Part shown: positions 62,777 to 64,000 of the stretch, piece after piece | Layout of the letters: each line of letters starts with the position of its first letter | How positions within the stretch are numbered: the first letter of the stretch is position 1 | Assembly: GCF_964204645.1 (NCBI RefSeq) | Contig: NC_134027.1 | Location: 20,484,560-20,548,559 of the forward strand | From: Tubulanus polymorphus | Lineage: Eukaryota; Animalia; Nemertea | Length of the DNA: 64,000 bases | Reading direction: 5' to 3' | Notes under the pieces: generated by a model | The model's database searches: none | Seen by the model: the letters and a program-made list of their open reading frames with translations, nothing else | What the model was told of the DNA's origin: nothing | Position numbers and translations under genes: made by a program

Positions 62777-64000
62777 TTTTTAAGTCCCAGCGGGCTATTG
62801 CGTTCACTTTTCGTCCGTCCGTCCGTTCGTCTGTAGACGGAATCCAGTTATTTAGTGAAGTTTTGAAGACGCTTCAATGTAATGTCTTGATATTTGCCTT
62901 TATCTACCGTAGACACATCTTCAGCCTAAAAACTGGCCCTGTCAGATTCAAGATTGCCAACTGGCAGCCATTGTTGTTTGCCAAAATCAGCACTTTTTAC
63001 ACATATTTCATGTTTTCGAGGGAAATTTTGAAGACGATTTGATCAATTACCTTGATCTTACGTAGGTATTTGTATGCCCCAAGGGCCCATCAGCATAAGA
63101 AAATTTGGGTCGTTCGGACTCAAGATGGCCGTCCTGTGACCTTTTTTGTGCCCAAAAATATCAATTTTGTCCTTAATTTTGAGTCCTGTAGTTTCCTACT
63201 GGTTTGCCATTTTTCATTGAAATTTTTGTTGGCTATTCTATGGAAAGGGATCTTCAATACTTGAGACAGGCATTTTTGATCAGCCTATGATCACGCAATT
63301 TGCGGCCATCTTGGTGTCATCAATACTCATTCGTAGGCGGAAAAAAGTTTTTCCACATAATATTGAAACCTAAACATATTTTGCTATCACAATCAATTGC
63401 AAAGTTGTAGCTCATGACATGGTCTATGATTGTGGTGAGTTTCAAGGTCATTGGTTTTTGCATTTGGCCACCAGGGGGCGTTGAATAATACAATAACTTA
63501 GTATTTCCATATTATTTTCGTACCTATGCATATTTTGTCACCACAATCAATTACAAAGTTGTAGCTCATGACAAGGTTTATGATTGTGGTGAGTTTCAAG
63601 GTCATTAATTTTTCTATATGGTCACCCGGGGGCATTGAATAGTAGAATAACTTCGTATAACCTTATTATTTTGGTACCTAGGCATATATTGTTATCACAA
63701 CCAATTGCAAAATTGTAGCTGCTGACATGTTCTATGAATGTGGTGAGTTTAAAGGTCATTGAGTTTTGCATATGGTCACCAGGGCCGTTGAATAGTAGAA
63801 TAACTAAGTATTTCCATATTGTATTGGTACCGAGGCATATATTGTTATCACAACTAATTGCGAAATTGTAGCTGCTGACATGTTCTCTGCATGTGGTGAG
63901 TTTCAAGGTCATTGGTTTTTTGTGTATGGTCACCAAGGGGCGTTGAATATTCAAATTGTAAGATTGAGCATTTGAAACCACTTTCCAAGTGGGCATGGTG
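62777..64000 (+). mobile_element. second copy of HINE-like family B, runs to window end
   Basis: colinear with 3142-4408 including GTCC microsatellite and ~155-bp tandem cores. Confidence 0.85.

Overview
AT-rich eukaryotic (invertebrate animal, probably a marine lophotrochozoan - inference) genomic DNA. The whole window is the interior of one + strand gene, a PIEZO mechanosensitive ion channel. I spliced 22 core exons by hand (1235-62487, 3455 nt). All have GT-AG boundaries and compatible phases, encoding roughly TM2-TM27 of the blade; exon 1 and the beam/pore C-terminus lie outside the window. Two long introns in cytoplasmic inter-THU loops hide clusters of short frame-preserving candidate cassette exons/microexons (21-69 nt: five phase-0 and two phase-1) that the ORF track misses. 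Several carry basophilic kinase motifs and have Rbfox/QKI-like motifs nearby. The introns are packed with transposons: a decayed CR1/L2-type LINE (PHD ORF1, internal 3x ~830 bp tandem duplication, TA-target MITE inside the RT), two families of Helentron/HINE (DINE-1/pearl-like) elements, foldback elements, and PIF/Harbinger, piggyBac, MULE-like and CMC-like MITEs, several nested. No prokaryotic features, RNA genes or CRISPR arrays were found. All calls are by eye; no database searches were run.
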